A stretch of 64,000 bases of DNA from Chthoniobacteraceae bacterium (GTDB lineage: Bacteria; Verrucomicrobiota; Verrucomicrobiia; Chthoniobacterales; Chthoniobacteraceae): contig CANJNZ010000009.1 of NCBI GenBank assembly GCA_947476045.1, forward strand, positions 9,564 to 73,563. The letters are read 5' to 3'. A model generated the notes under the pieces. That model searched no databases, was not told where the DNA came from, and saw nothing but the letters and a program-made list of their open reading frames with translations. Below are positions 16,925-25,232 of this stretch, piece after piece. The translations under genes and the position numbers were made by a program. Numbering within the stretch: position 1 is the stretch's first letter; every line of letters begins with the position of its first letter.

Positions 16925-18046
16925 GTGAAAAAATCCCGTCCGTTTGTAATTCTAGCGCTGCTCTTTCTCCTCGCAGCCATCGGAATCTGGCTCAACGGGC
17001 GGATAAAAAACCGCACGACCACCGTGCGACAAACAGCGCCAGAGACCAGGCCCGAAAGTGCTGGCGCCGACAACGCGAAGGCCGCAATCCCGAACACAAC
17101 GCAAGACCTCTCCCCTGACGCTCAACTCACGCGGATTCTGGAAAAACTCCGCACCGGCACGCTCGCCCCCGGTGAACTCGACGCCTTCCGTCGCTCACTT
17201 CTCACGGCAGACCCAGCGCAAGCCATTGCCGCCATCGTAAAATTCCTCGCCACCGGACAGGACGCGCTCACGAGCGAGCAATTTACCCTCGGCAAAGGCG
17301 GGGAACTCGGGGGCGCACCCACACTCCGCGTTCTCCTCCTCGATATACTCGGGCGGATTTGTAAAACCACAAAGGGCAGCGAGGCGGCGACCGTTGCCCG
17401 CGACCTGCTCGAAAAGAAAACCTCCGCCGACGAATGGGTTGTCGCGCTGCGCAACGTTGGATGGCACTCGCCCAATGACCGCACTTTTCTCGCCGCCAAA
17501 TCGCGCGAAATGCTGCACTATCAGCCATGGCGCCAGCAGCCGAGCAGCGGCTTTTTCGAAGTATTCGATGTCATCGTCTTCTCTCGCGATGCCACTTTCG
17601 TCACCGACCTCGCGGAAATTGTTCGCGGTGAAGATAAATCACTTCAGCGCAGCGCTGGCATGGCCCTCGACCGCCTCGCAGAAATGGCCCCGCTCGACGT
17701 GATGAATTTTCTCAATACCAACCGCGTTGAACTCGCGGACAAGCCCTTCCTGCGCGCAGACTATTTCAGCAAGGCCGACCTCTCACAGCCCCCACAGCGC
17801 GCAGCAGTCGAGTCCTACCTCGGCCGTCTGGACGTGACGGAGCGCGAGAAAAGTAAACTCCTCGCCGTGCTCGCAAGCCCCGGCAGCTTCGCGGCGGATA
17901 CGATCCTCACCGAGCCACCGCCCGCCGAAGACCCGCCACAGCGCAGCGCAGGTCTCAAACAGGCCGTTGATGATTGGTTGAAAACCGGCCGCTTTCCGGA
18001 ACTCAGCCCCTCCCTCCTTCAACTCCAGGAACGCCTCGCGCAATAG
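16925..18046 (+). CDS. membrane-anchored hypothetical protein, helical-repeat (HEAT/ARM-like) appearance
   Basis: GTG start. N-terminal anchor 'FVILALLFLLAAIGIWL', then an alpha-helical repeat-like sequence. No family recognised. Confidence 0.5.
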   Translation: MKKSRPFVILALLFLLAAIGIWLNGRIKNRTTTVRQTAPETRPESAGADNAKAAIPNTTQDLSPDAQLTRILEKLRTGTLAPGELDAFRRSLLTADPAQAIAAIVKFLATGQDALTSEQFTLGKGGELGGAPTLRVLLLDILGRICKTTKGSEAATVARDLLEKKTSADEWVVALRNVGWHSPNDRTFLAAKSREMLHYQPWRQQPSSGFFEVFDVIVFSRDATFVTDLAEIVRGEDKSLQRSAGMALDRLAEMAPLDVMNFLNTNRVELADKPFLRADYFSKADLSQPPQRAAVESYLGRLDVTEREKSKLLAVLASPGSFAADTILTEPPPAEDPPQRSAGLKQAVDDWLKTGRFPELSPSLLQLQERLAQ

Positions 18047-18051
18047 CGCCG

Positions 18052-18423
18052 CTAGGCCTCGCGCCGCAAACGCACGGCGACAAACTCCGTATCCGGCAAA
18101 ATATATTTGCGCACCTCCACCTCCACCGCAGCGAGTGGGTAGCTTGAGAGTAATAACGTGGCGATATCCTCCGCCAGTGTCTCCACCAGCAGCCTCTGCC
18201 CCTCCGCAGCGAGCGACTTCACTGCGCGCGAAACCGCATCGTAGTCCACTGTGTTTTCCAGCGCATCCCCGAGGCTCTTGAGATCGCGGCGCGGCTCCAG
18301 AACAAGCGACACCCGGAGTCGCTGTGGCCGCTTTCTTTCTTCCTCAAACGCGCCGATGAACGCTGATACTCCGAGCTGTGAAATGATAATCTGGTCGCGC
18401 ATCGCGCCACGCTGAATCCCCAT
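18052..18423 (-). CDS. folB: dihydroneopterin aldolase
   Basis: 'IIISQLGVSAFIGAFEEERKRPQRLRVSL' and 'TVDYDAV' match the FolB pattern. I chose the ATG at 18423; the ATG at 18402 is equally possible. Confidence 0.85.
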   Translation of the reverse strand: MGIQRGAMRDQIIISQLGVSAFIGAFEEERKRPQRLRVSLVLEPRRDLKSLGDALENTVDYDAVSRAVKSLAAEGQRLLVETLAEDIATLLLSSYPLAAVEVEVRKYILPDTEFVAVRLRREA

Positions 18424-18441
18424 CGTGCGTTCGGCAATCAA

Positions 18442-18798
18442 TTACCCAACGCGAAATTTCACATCCCGCACTGTGCGTCCGAAACGCAGCTTCAGCTTTT
18501 TCACAATCTCTGGCCGCCACGTCCGCTCCAGTTCGAAATGCATCGATGGCTGGAGCACGCGCACATAAAGCACACCCTCGACGAGCTTCAGCGGCGCCGA
18601 GTGCTGCGCGAGAAAGTCCCCGACCACCTCGCGCCATGCGGACACAACCTCCTCTTCGCGCATCCGCTCCCCGAGCCCAAGTTGCACGATCAGCTTCGCC
18701 ACGAGCGCGCCCACGGGCTTCGAAGTGTCCTGCGGAAACGGAGTCTCCGGCAGTCCCCTCCACTCGGCGATCACACGCGCTCGAAGCTGTGGTTTCAT
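18442..18798 (-). CDS. DUF721/DciA-like protein
   Basis: 118 aa. 'VSAWREVVGDFLAQHSAPLKLVEGVLYVRV...SMHFEL' fits the DUF721 pattern as I recall it. Confidence 0.65.
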   Translation of the reverse strand: MKPQLRARVIAEWRGLPETPFPQDTSKPVGALVAKLIVQLGLGERMREEEVVSAWREVVGDFLAQHSAPLKLVEGVLYVRVLQPSMHFELERTWRPEIVKKLKLRFGRTVRDVKFRVG

Positions 18799-18860
18799 GC
18801 ACGCAGTGTTTGCGAAAAGAGACGCCTCACGCGATAAAATTCCTCCATCATCGCCGAAAC

Positions 18861-18890
18861 AAAAAGCCCCCGCCTATCAAGGTCGGAGGC
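18861..18890 (-). terminator. candidate intrinsic terminator downstream of the ferredoxin gene
   Basis: Stem gcccccg (18866-18872) pairs with cggaggc (18884-18890) at 6 of 7 bp, followed on the minus strand by TTTTTG. Confidence 0.45.
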
Positions 18891-18920
18891 ATTTTGAAAA
18901 ATAATGCGGCGTTTCGCGAC

Positions 18921-19154
18921 CTACTCGCCGTCGTTGCCGATGGCTTCCACCGGGCATCCGTCCATGGCCTCTTTGCAAAGCGCTTCTTCGGCAGGATTTT
19001 CGGGCTGCTTGTAGAGATAGCTGTGACCGCCATCATCATTGCGTTTGTAATTCGCCGGTGCCGTCTCACGGCACAGGTCACAATCAATGCACTGGTCATC
19101 CACGTAGAATTTCCCCTGCACGTTTTCCGGATATTTGTTCGCTTGGTCTGCCAT
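18921..19154 (-). CDS. small ferredoxin (single [4Fe-4S]/[3Fe-4S]-type)
   Basis: Trimmed to the ATG at 19154 (77 aa). Cluster ligands 'CIDCDLC' plus a distal 'CP'. Confidence 0.8.
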   Translation of the reverse strand: MADQANKYPENVQGKFYVDDQCIDCDLCRETAPANYKRNDDGGHSYLYKQPENPAEEALCKEAMDGCPVEAIGNDGE

Positions 19155-19286
19155 ATTAAAGGGCGCGCAAATTAGCGACCATCCCTGAGAGGGCAACGCA
19201 TTTTTTTGGGAATGCAAATAAACACAGGACACATGTTCTGACTATGGAGTTTCATTTTCCAGCGCGCCGGCATAAGCTCGGAAAAC

Positions 19287-19937
19287 ATGAGCATTTTCAT
19301 CACGGGCACGGACACGGCGGTCGGCAAAACACGCGTGGCGGCACTGCTGGTGCGTGCGTTGCGTGAAGCAAGGGTTGATGCAGTTGGATTCAAACCTGTC
19401 TGTTGCGGAGGGCGGGAAGATGCGGAGGCGCTCGTGAGCGCGAGCAAAGATGCGGTGACTTTGAATGATGTGAATCCCGTGTGGCTGCGCCCGCCCGTGG
19501 CTCCTTATACAGCGGCGATGATCGAGGGGCGGGTGGTGGATGTGGCGCTGGTGCGCGAGACTTTTTCACGACTGCGCTCGGCACATGCGGCGGTGATTGT
19601 GGAGGGTTGCGGAGGATGGCTGGTGCCGGTGGCGCAGGATTTTTCGATGGCGGATCTGGCAGCCGAGTTTGCGCTGCCGGTGCTGGTAGTGGCGGCGAAC
19701 CGGCTCGGAGTGATTAATCACACGCTGCTCACAGTGGCTGCCATCCGTGCCCGGGGGCTGGCGTGTGCGGGAGTGCTGTTAAATCAAGTGCAACAGCCCG
19801 CGCCCAATGATGCGGCGGTGCTGACGAACGACGCTGTGTTGGAGGAATTACTCGATGTGCCCGTGCTGGGTGAGTTGGAGTTTGGAAAAGATACGCTGCC
19901 TGCGGACTTGTTATCGCGATTGGGGACGGTGTCGTGA
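19287..19937 (+). CDS. bioD: dethiobiotin synthase
   Basis: 'IFITGTDTAVGKT' P-loop and 'GFKPV'. Length is 216 aa. Confidence 0.9.
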   Translation: MSIFITGTDTAVGKTRVAALLVRALREARVDAVGFKPVCCGGREDAEALVSASKDAVTLNDVNPVWLRPPVAPYTAAMIEGRVVDVALVRETFSRLRSAHAAVIVEGCGGWLVPVAQDFSMADLAAEFALPVLVVAANRLGVINHTLLTVAAIRARGLACAGVLLNQVQQPAPNDAAVLTNDAVLEELLDVPVLGELEFGKDTLPADLLSRLGTVS

Positions 19938-19970
19938 AGATGGTGATTGATCGCCCGCTCACAAGGGTGC

Positions 19971-20741
19971 ATGGGCTTTTCGCCTGTGAATCCTTACGAG
20001 ACTGACAAGTTCCTGAATGAATATCTGCTGTTTCACTACGGCGCAGCGGATGAGGTGCTTCCTTTTGCGAACGGGCCGCACGATGCGCTGGACTATGCGG
20101 TGCGCTGTGTGAGCCAGTGTGTGGATGCGACGAAGTTGGCGCCCGATGCGCGCGGCCTTGATGTGGGCTGCGCGGTAGGACGCTCAACATTTGAACTGGC
20201 TCGTTTGTGCAAGGAAGTAATTGGCATCGATTATTCCCAGCGTTTCATCGATGCAGTGCGGGCTCTCGCCGGATCGGGCTCCCTGCCATATCTGAGAGCG
20301 GATGAGGGCGCGCTGAATATGAAATTGATGGCACATTTACCATATGGCATTGCTCCAGAGCGTGTGCGTTTTGAGCACGGCGATGCGCACGCTTTGCGGG
20401 ATGGGCTTGGCGTTTTCGATGTGGTGCTGGCTGCGAATCTGGTGGATCGACTCGCGCAACCGTCACGTTTTCTGGCGCAATTGCCGCGACTCGTAAAACC
20501 GGGCGGGCAACTCATCATCACGACTCCATGCACCTGGCTTCCGGAATACACTTCGCCGGATCACTGGCTTGGCGGTTTCGTTGCAGATGGAAAACCGCGT
20601 TCGACGCTCGACGGTCTGCGCGCCGCGCTGGCTCCGCATTTTTCACTCAGCAGCACGCGCGACCTGCCTTTCCTCATCCGCGAGCACGCACGCAAATACC
20701 AGTGGAGCATGGCGCTGGCGACAACATGGCAACGGCAATGA
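19971..20741 (+). CDS. class I SAM-dependent methyltransferase (resembles stand-alone OvoA C-terminal-type methyltransferases, from memory)
   Basis: Motif I 'LDVGCAVGRSTFEL', post-I 'VIGIDYS' and 'VKPGGQLII'. The N-terminal 'YETDKFLNEYLLFHYG' is what reminds me of the putative 4-mercaptohistidine N1-methyltransferase family. I chose the ATG at 19971. Confidence 0.7.
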   Translation: MGFSPVNPYETDKFLNEYLLFHYGAADEVLPFANGPHDALDYAVRCVSQCVDATKLAPDARGLDVGCAVGRSTFELARLCKEVIGIDYSQRFIDAVRALAGSGSLPYLRADEGALNMKLMAHLPYGIAPERVRFEHGDAHALRDGLGVFDVVLAANLVDRLAQPSRFLAQLPRLVKPGGQLIITTPCTWLPEYTSPDHWLGGFVADGKPRSTLDGLRAALAPHFSLSSTRDLPFLIREHARKYQWSMALATTWQRQ

Positions 20742-21328
20742 ATACAGATTGGGAGAAACGCTACATCACCGGAGAGACGCCTTGGGAAAAGGGGGCGCCG
20801 CATCCCGCGCTGGTCGCATTCGTAAAGAGTGCGCCGGTGCGCGGCAGAGTCTTTGTCCCCGGCTGCGGGACCGGGCATGATGTGCGCGCACTCGCTGCAA
20901 CTGCGGATGAGGTTCTGGGCCTCGACATTGCGCCTTCCGCCATCGCTGCGGCGAAAAGTCAGCCGCAAATCGGTGGCGAACGCTTTATGCTCGGCGACCT
21001 TTTCGCGTTGCCTGCGGAGATGCGCGGTTATTTCGACTGGGTCGTGGAGCACACTTGCTTTTGCGCCATCCCTCCGTCGCTGCGCCCAAACTACGTGCGT
21101 GCCGTGGCGTCTGTGCTAAAAGCAGGCGGCCACTTACTGGCGGTATTTTATTTAACCCCGGATATGGAGCCGGGCGAATCCGGTCCGCCCTTCGGCGCGA
21201 CCGTCGCCGAACTGGACAAACTTTTCACCCCCTATTTCACCATGGAAAAAGAATGGAGCCCGCCCGCGACTCATGCAGGAAGGGAAGGTAGAGAACTCTG
21301 CCGACTGCTCGTGCGGTGCTCAGCGTAA
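20726..21328 (+). CDS. thiopurine S-methyltransferase (TPMT)-family SAM methyltransferase
   Basis: 'W..RY..GETPWE', 'VFVPGCGTGHDV' and 'VLGLDIAPSAI'. The start is either ATG 20726 or ATG 20738; the latter forms an ATGA overlap with the upstream stop. Confidence 0.7.
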   Translation: MATAMNTDWEKRYITGETPWEKGAPHPALVAFVKSAPVRGRVFVPGCGTGHDVRALAATADEVLGLDIAPSAIAAAKSQPQIGGERFMLGDLFALPAEMRGYFDWVVEHTCFCAIPPSLRPNYVRAVASVLKAGGHLLAVFYLTPDMEPGESGPPFGATVAELDKLFTPYFTMEKEWSPPATHAGREGRELCRLLVRCSA

Positions 21329-21329
21329 A

Positions 21330-21908
21330 CTACGCCGCCTTGGCTTTCACTTCGTGCCCAAGCATCTTCAACGCTTGTTCAAGCAGTTCGACTTCGAGAG
21401 GCTTCTTTAAAACGGTCACAGGTCCGTGCTTAAGAATGTTGTCGAGCATCTGACTGTCCGGGTAGCCGGTAATGATAATGATGGGCATCCCGGGATGCAG
21501 CGCCTTCGCTTGTTTGTAGATTTCATCCCCAGTGATGTCCGGTAATTGGAGGTCCAGGAAGCAAAGGTCGAATTTTTGTTTACTCAACGCGGCGAGGGCT
21601 TCTTTACCAGTGCCGACTACGATGCGGGTGAATCCCTGCTTTTTCAAAAAGAGCTTAAACATGCTCTGCAAGCCGATGTCATCGTCCACAACCAGAACGG
21701 TCGGCGCTCCGCCTTGCTCTCCTTCATTGCGAAGGACATCACGATCGAGCATGTCGCGTTTTACGCGCCAGCGTCCACCGATTTGGACTGCTGGAAGTTG
21801 TCCGCGCTGGACGAGGTAGTAAACCGTGGGCAACGGAATGCGCAGATAGGCTGCGGTTTCCTTCACGGTCATCAAGTTATGATCAGACATGGCGCTTTGG
21901 TTGGGCAT
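21330..21908 (-). CDS. DNA-binding response regulator with N-terminal excisionase/MerR-type HTH and C-terminal receiver
   Basis: HTH 'MTVKETAAYLRIPLPTVYYLVQRGQLPAVQIGGRWRV'. Receiver motifs 'LVVDDD', 'LCFLDLQLPDITG' and 'IIIITG'. The start is ATG 21908 or 21890. Confidence 0.8.
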   Translation of the reverse strand: MPNQSAMSDHNLMTVKETAAYLRIPLPTVYYLVQRGQLPAVQIGGRWRVKRDMLDRDVLRNEGEQGGAPTVLVVDDDIGLQSMFKLFLKKQGFTRIVVGTGKEALAALSKQKFDLCFLDLQLPDITGDEIYKQAKALHPGMPIIIITGYPDSQMLDNILKHGPVTVLKKPLEVELLEQALKMLGHEVKAKAA

Positions 21909-22006
21909 TTGAAAATAGCAGTTCAGCGCTTGCTGCGATCGGTGCGCAATTTGCCCAACTACCAGTGTGGTGTCAACGCGTGATTGTGGTATTTCTAGAT
22001 TCGGCG

Positions 22007-22753
22007 ATGGACATTGGGCTGGAGAAATTGGCAAGTGCCTCAATGTTAAGCGACTCTTCCTCTCTCACAGCCGTGCTCATTCCGCTCGGTCTCGATGCGC
22101 GCGCTTTCACCATTGATGGTGATTTTCCAAATCTCACAGCGCTGCGACTGGACCTCACCGGCGCACTTTTTCATCGCGGTTTGCGTCTTGCGGATGCGTC
22201 TGGCGTTCCAGCGTTCGTTGCACGCACAGTGGAGGCCCGTGCGGCCCCGGCGTATTTTGAGTCGTTGCCTTTCTCGATGTCGTTGCACGTTGAAGATGCG
22301 GTATTTTCATCCAAGGCCGCACTGATTCGCAGCGGCAAAGGCGCGCTGACGCTCTCAGCCACCATAGCCGACTTGGAAAAAACACTGCTCGATCTCGTGC
22401 GCACCGCAGCGGAAAAGCAGGGTGCGGAAGTGCAAAGTGTGCAACTCAACCTCCATGCAGAAAGCCCTCACGTGCTTGTTTTGCGGGCGACAGCCACGGC
22501 CAAGGCAATGTTTTTGACGGCCACACTCACGCTCAGCGGCCGCATAGAAATCACCGAAAAATTAGAAGCGCGGCTATGTGCGCTGTCGTGCGCCGGCGAT
22601 GGAATGATTGCAAATCTTGCAGTTGGCGCTTTGCGCCCGAAACTTGCCGCGATCGATGGGAAAACACTCGCGCTCCCCACGCTCGTCCCCTCGTTGCACA
22701 CACTCACACTCGACACAAAAGACGGGCTGCAACTTCGCGCCCTCTTTGGTTAA
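22007..22753 (+). CDS. hypothetical protein
   Basis: ORF with plausible coding composition but no motif I recognise. The start is uncertain (ATG 22007 or 22043). Confidence 0.4.
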   Translation: MDIGLEKLASASMLSDSSSLTAVLIPLGLDARAFTIDGDFPNLTALRLDLTGALFHRGLRLADASGVPAFVARTVEARAAPAYFESLPFSMSLHVEDAVFSSKAALIRSGKGALTLSATIADLEKTLLDLVRTAAEKQGAEVQSVQLNLHAESPHVLVLRATATAKAMFLTATLTLSGRIEITEKLEARLCALSCAGDGMIANLAVGALRPKLAAIDGKTLALPTLVPSLHTLTLDTKDGLQLRALFG

Positions 22754-22917
22754 ATGAACAAGCTGGTCTTTCATTTTGGAGCCGGACCTCAAAAAGAATT
22801 AGCTGAAAACTTTGTGAGCTTAGCAATTTTTACTTCCCATCTGAGCGCCCTTCGTAAAAAAGATGTCACTGATTTATTCCTGACGGAAAAAGCGTTTACC
22901 AATCTGCCCTAGGTGCC
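22754..22917 (+). promoter_or_regulatory. AT-richer intergenic region upstream of the pilus-like cluster (probable promoter/leader)
   Basis: 164-nt non-coding gap, visibly more AT-rich than its surroundings, immediately 5' of five co-oriented, tightly packed genes. No specific -35/-10 could be assigned. Confidence 0.3.
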
Positions 22918-23493
22918 ATGAAAATTTTCTCCACATTACTTGCTGCGGTTTCACTCTTCACAACTCCGCTGTTTGCTCAGGCGCCTGTTCCCATCACGGC
23001 GAAAAATGTGAAAATCGATAAAATCATGCCCTCGGTTATTACTACCCCGGAGTTCGTAATCAAAGGCACGACCGACAAGCGGGCTGAGTATCTCAAATGG
23101 TTTGAGATAGAAGTGGAGTTTGAAGTGGAAGGCGTCGAGATGGTGGATGAATTGACGTTCAAATACCTTGCCGAAATCAACGGTAAGTTGCTCCCCGGTG
23201 AAATCACACATGTGAACATCCCAAAAGGAAGGAACCATTTTTCCGTGATGTATATCTCCCCCCGCTCGCTGGACCGCTTGACGGACGGCAAGCAGCTGAA
23301 TCAAGGGATGATTGGCAACATTTGGATTGAAATCGAAAAACAGGGGCAGGTTCTTGCCAAAAAATCATCCCAACAGAAACCGCCGCCAAATTTACAACGT
23401 ATGAATGGTCTCATGGTGCCAAAATCTGAAACGCCCTTTCAGGTGCTGTGGTGGGATCGCTACGAAGCAGTCAAACCCGGCGTGAGCCGATAA
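22918..23493 (+). CDS. secreted protein, first gene of the pilus-like cluster (positional equivalent of Amuc_1102)
   Basis: Sec signal 'MKIFSTLLAAVSLFTTPLFAQA'. 191 aa. The call rests on position in the cluster only. Confidence 0.5.
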   Translation: MKIFSTLLAAVSLFTTPLFAQAPVPITAKNVKIDKIMPSVITTPEFVIKGTTDKRAEYLKWFEIEVEFEVEGVEMVDELTFKYLAEINGKLLPGEITHVNIPKGRNHFSVMYISPRSLDRLTDGKQLNQGMIGNIWIEIEKQGQVLAKKSSQQKPPPNLQRMNGLMVPKSETPFQVLWWDRYEAVKPGVSR

Positions 23494-23519
23494 TCTGGAA
23501 ATTTTTCGCAGGCAACCGA

Positions 23520-25232
23520 ATGGCCGCACCAAACAGCATCCTCGCCCTCAATCTCGGCACGCAGACTATCAGTCTGGCCGAGTTTCAAACGAACCCGAGC
23601 GGGGGCATTGTGCTTGTTCGTTACAAGCAGGCCGAAATTCTGGGCGACCCCGCAGCTGATGCTACACGCGTCGCACAGACCAAGCTGCAAATACAACAAT
23701 TAGTCGCGGAATTTGGACTGAAGAAACAGCGGGTAAACTACGCGATCGCTTCACATACGATTTTTACGCGCCCCGTAAGGCTGCCGGTCGTCGAAGACGC
23801 CTCGCAGGTGGAGCAGATCGTCGCTTTTGAAGCAGCGCAAAACGTCCCCTACCCGATTGATCAAGTCGTGTGGGACTGGCAACTCCTGGACGAGGGCAAG
23901 GGAGGGCAGATGGAAGTCATCCTCGCGGCCATCAAGTCGGACTTGCTCGATGACATCAATGACGCTGTGCAAAATGCCGGCCTGCGAACCAGCGTCGTCG
24001 AGATAGCGCCAATGGCCCTCTACAACGCGCTCCGCTATAATTACGCAGATGCGGACGGCTGCACCTTGTTGGTCGATATCGGTTCGCGCACGACGAACCT
24101 GCTCTTTTGCGAACCGGGTAAAATTTTTCCGAGACGCCTGAATATCGGCGGCAGCACAATCACTACTGCGATTGCGAAAGACTTTGGAATGTCTTTCACG
24201 GAGGCCGACAAGCGCAAGGCGGACGATGGTTTTGTGAGTTTGGGCGGCAGCTACGCGGAGCCCGACGATGCAGAAACGGCGCGCATCTCGAAAATCATCC
24301 GCAATCAAATGACGCGCCTGCATCAAGAAATTGCACGCAGCATCACCTTCTATCGCAGCGAGCATGGAGGCTCGCAGCCCGAGCGGGTGCTGCTTTCCGG
24401 CTGCACGGCCTCACTTCCTTACATGCGGGAGTTTTTCCAGGAAAAATTCCCAAGCATGGATGTGGAATACTTCAATCCTCTGCGCAATGTCTCCGTCTCC
24501 AGCACGCTTGATGTCGAGGAAGTCGGACGAACCGCGCACATGCTCGGCGAACTCGTAGGTCTCGCGCTGCGCGGAGCGGTAAGTTGCCCGATGGAACTGA
24601 ATCTCCGCCCGGCAAGCGTCACCACGGCAGACCGCACGGCAGCCCAGCGCCCGTTTCTCATCGCAGCAGGCGTGTGTGTTCTGACCATGCTCGCTGGCTG
24701 GTGGCAGTATTTTGAACGCGCTGCAGATACGGCAACAGAGGTCACCGAAAAGATAAGCGCTCAATCCCAGCCACTTGAAGCCGAGGAAGCCAAAATCAAA
24801 AGCGCTCTAGCGGATATCGACACGCTGAAAAACTCGGTCAAACCCCTGCAAAAGGCGATCGAAGAGCGGGAATACTGGGTCAAAGTCATCAGTGACATCG
24901 GCCAGCGACTGCCCAAAGACTACATTTGGATCACGTCCTTTGAGTTGCCGCCGAGGGAGGAAAAAGAAACGCCCAAGCAGCCTGAAAAAGGCAAGACCAA
25001 GGACACACCTCCAGTGATTCTGACAGTGAAAGGACTCTATCTCAGCAAGGATGCCGGGAATAATGAGCGCACAAAAATAGTGGACGAATTTCTCAAAAAT
25101 CTCGGCGATTCTCCGTATGTCGAACCACCCAAGGAAGAGGCGGAGATCATCCGGGGAAATGACGATACCGCGCACTGGGCATTCCCATACACATTCCCGC
25201 TCAAACTTAAAAAACCGATCGATTTGAAATGA
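23520..25232 (+). CDS. PilM-like actin-fold protein fused to a PilN-like transmembrane/coiled-coil segment (Amuc_1101-like)
   Basis: ATG at 23520. 'ILALNLGTQTISLAEF', 'LLVDIGSRTTNL' and 'VLLSGCTASLP' are actin/FtsA/PilM-type phosphate and adenosine motifs. The TM helix 'FLIAAGVCVLTMLAGWW' at aa ~395 is followed by ~170 further residues. Confidence 0.8.
   Translation: MAAPNSILALNLGTQTISLAEFQTNPSGGIVLVRYKQAEILGDPAADATRVAQTKLQIQQLVAEFGLKKQRVNYAIASHTIFTRPVRLPVVEDASQVEQIVAFEAAQNVPYPIDQVVWDWQLLDEGKGGQMEVILAAIKSDLLDDINDAVQNAGLRTSVVEIAPMALYNALRYNYADADGCTLLVDIGSRTTNLLFCEPGKIFPRRLNIGGSTITTAIAKDFGMSFTEADKRKADDGFVSLGGSYAEPDDAETARISKIIRNQMTRLHQEIARSITFYRSEHGGSQPERVLLSGCTASLPYMREFFQEKFPSMDVEYFNPLRNVSVSSTLDVEEVGRTAHMLGELVGLALRGAVSCPMELNLRPASVTTADRTAAQRPFLIAAGVCVLTMLAGWWQYFERAADTATEVTEKISAQSQPLEAEEAKIKSALADIDTLKNSVKPLQKAIEEREYWVKVISDIGQRLPKDYIWITSFELPPREEKETPKQPEKGKTKDTPPVILTVKGLYLSKDAGNNERTKIVDEFLKNLGDSPYVEPPKEEAEIIRGNDDTAHWAFPYTFPLKLKKPIDLK

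Noticed and set aside
18546-19175. 209-aa plus-strand ORF
   Set aside because: It runs antisense across the DUF721-like and ferredoxin genes and their terminator. The product is R/A/P-rich with no motif.
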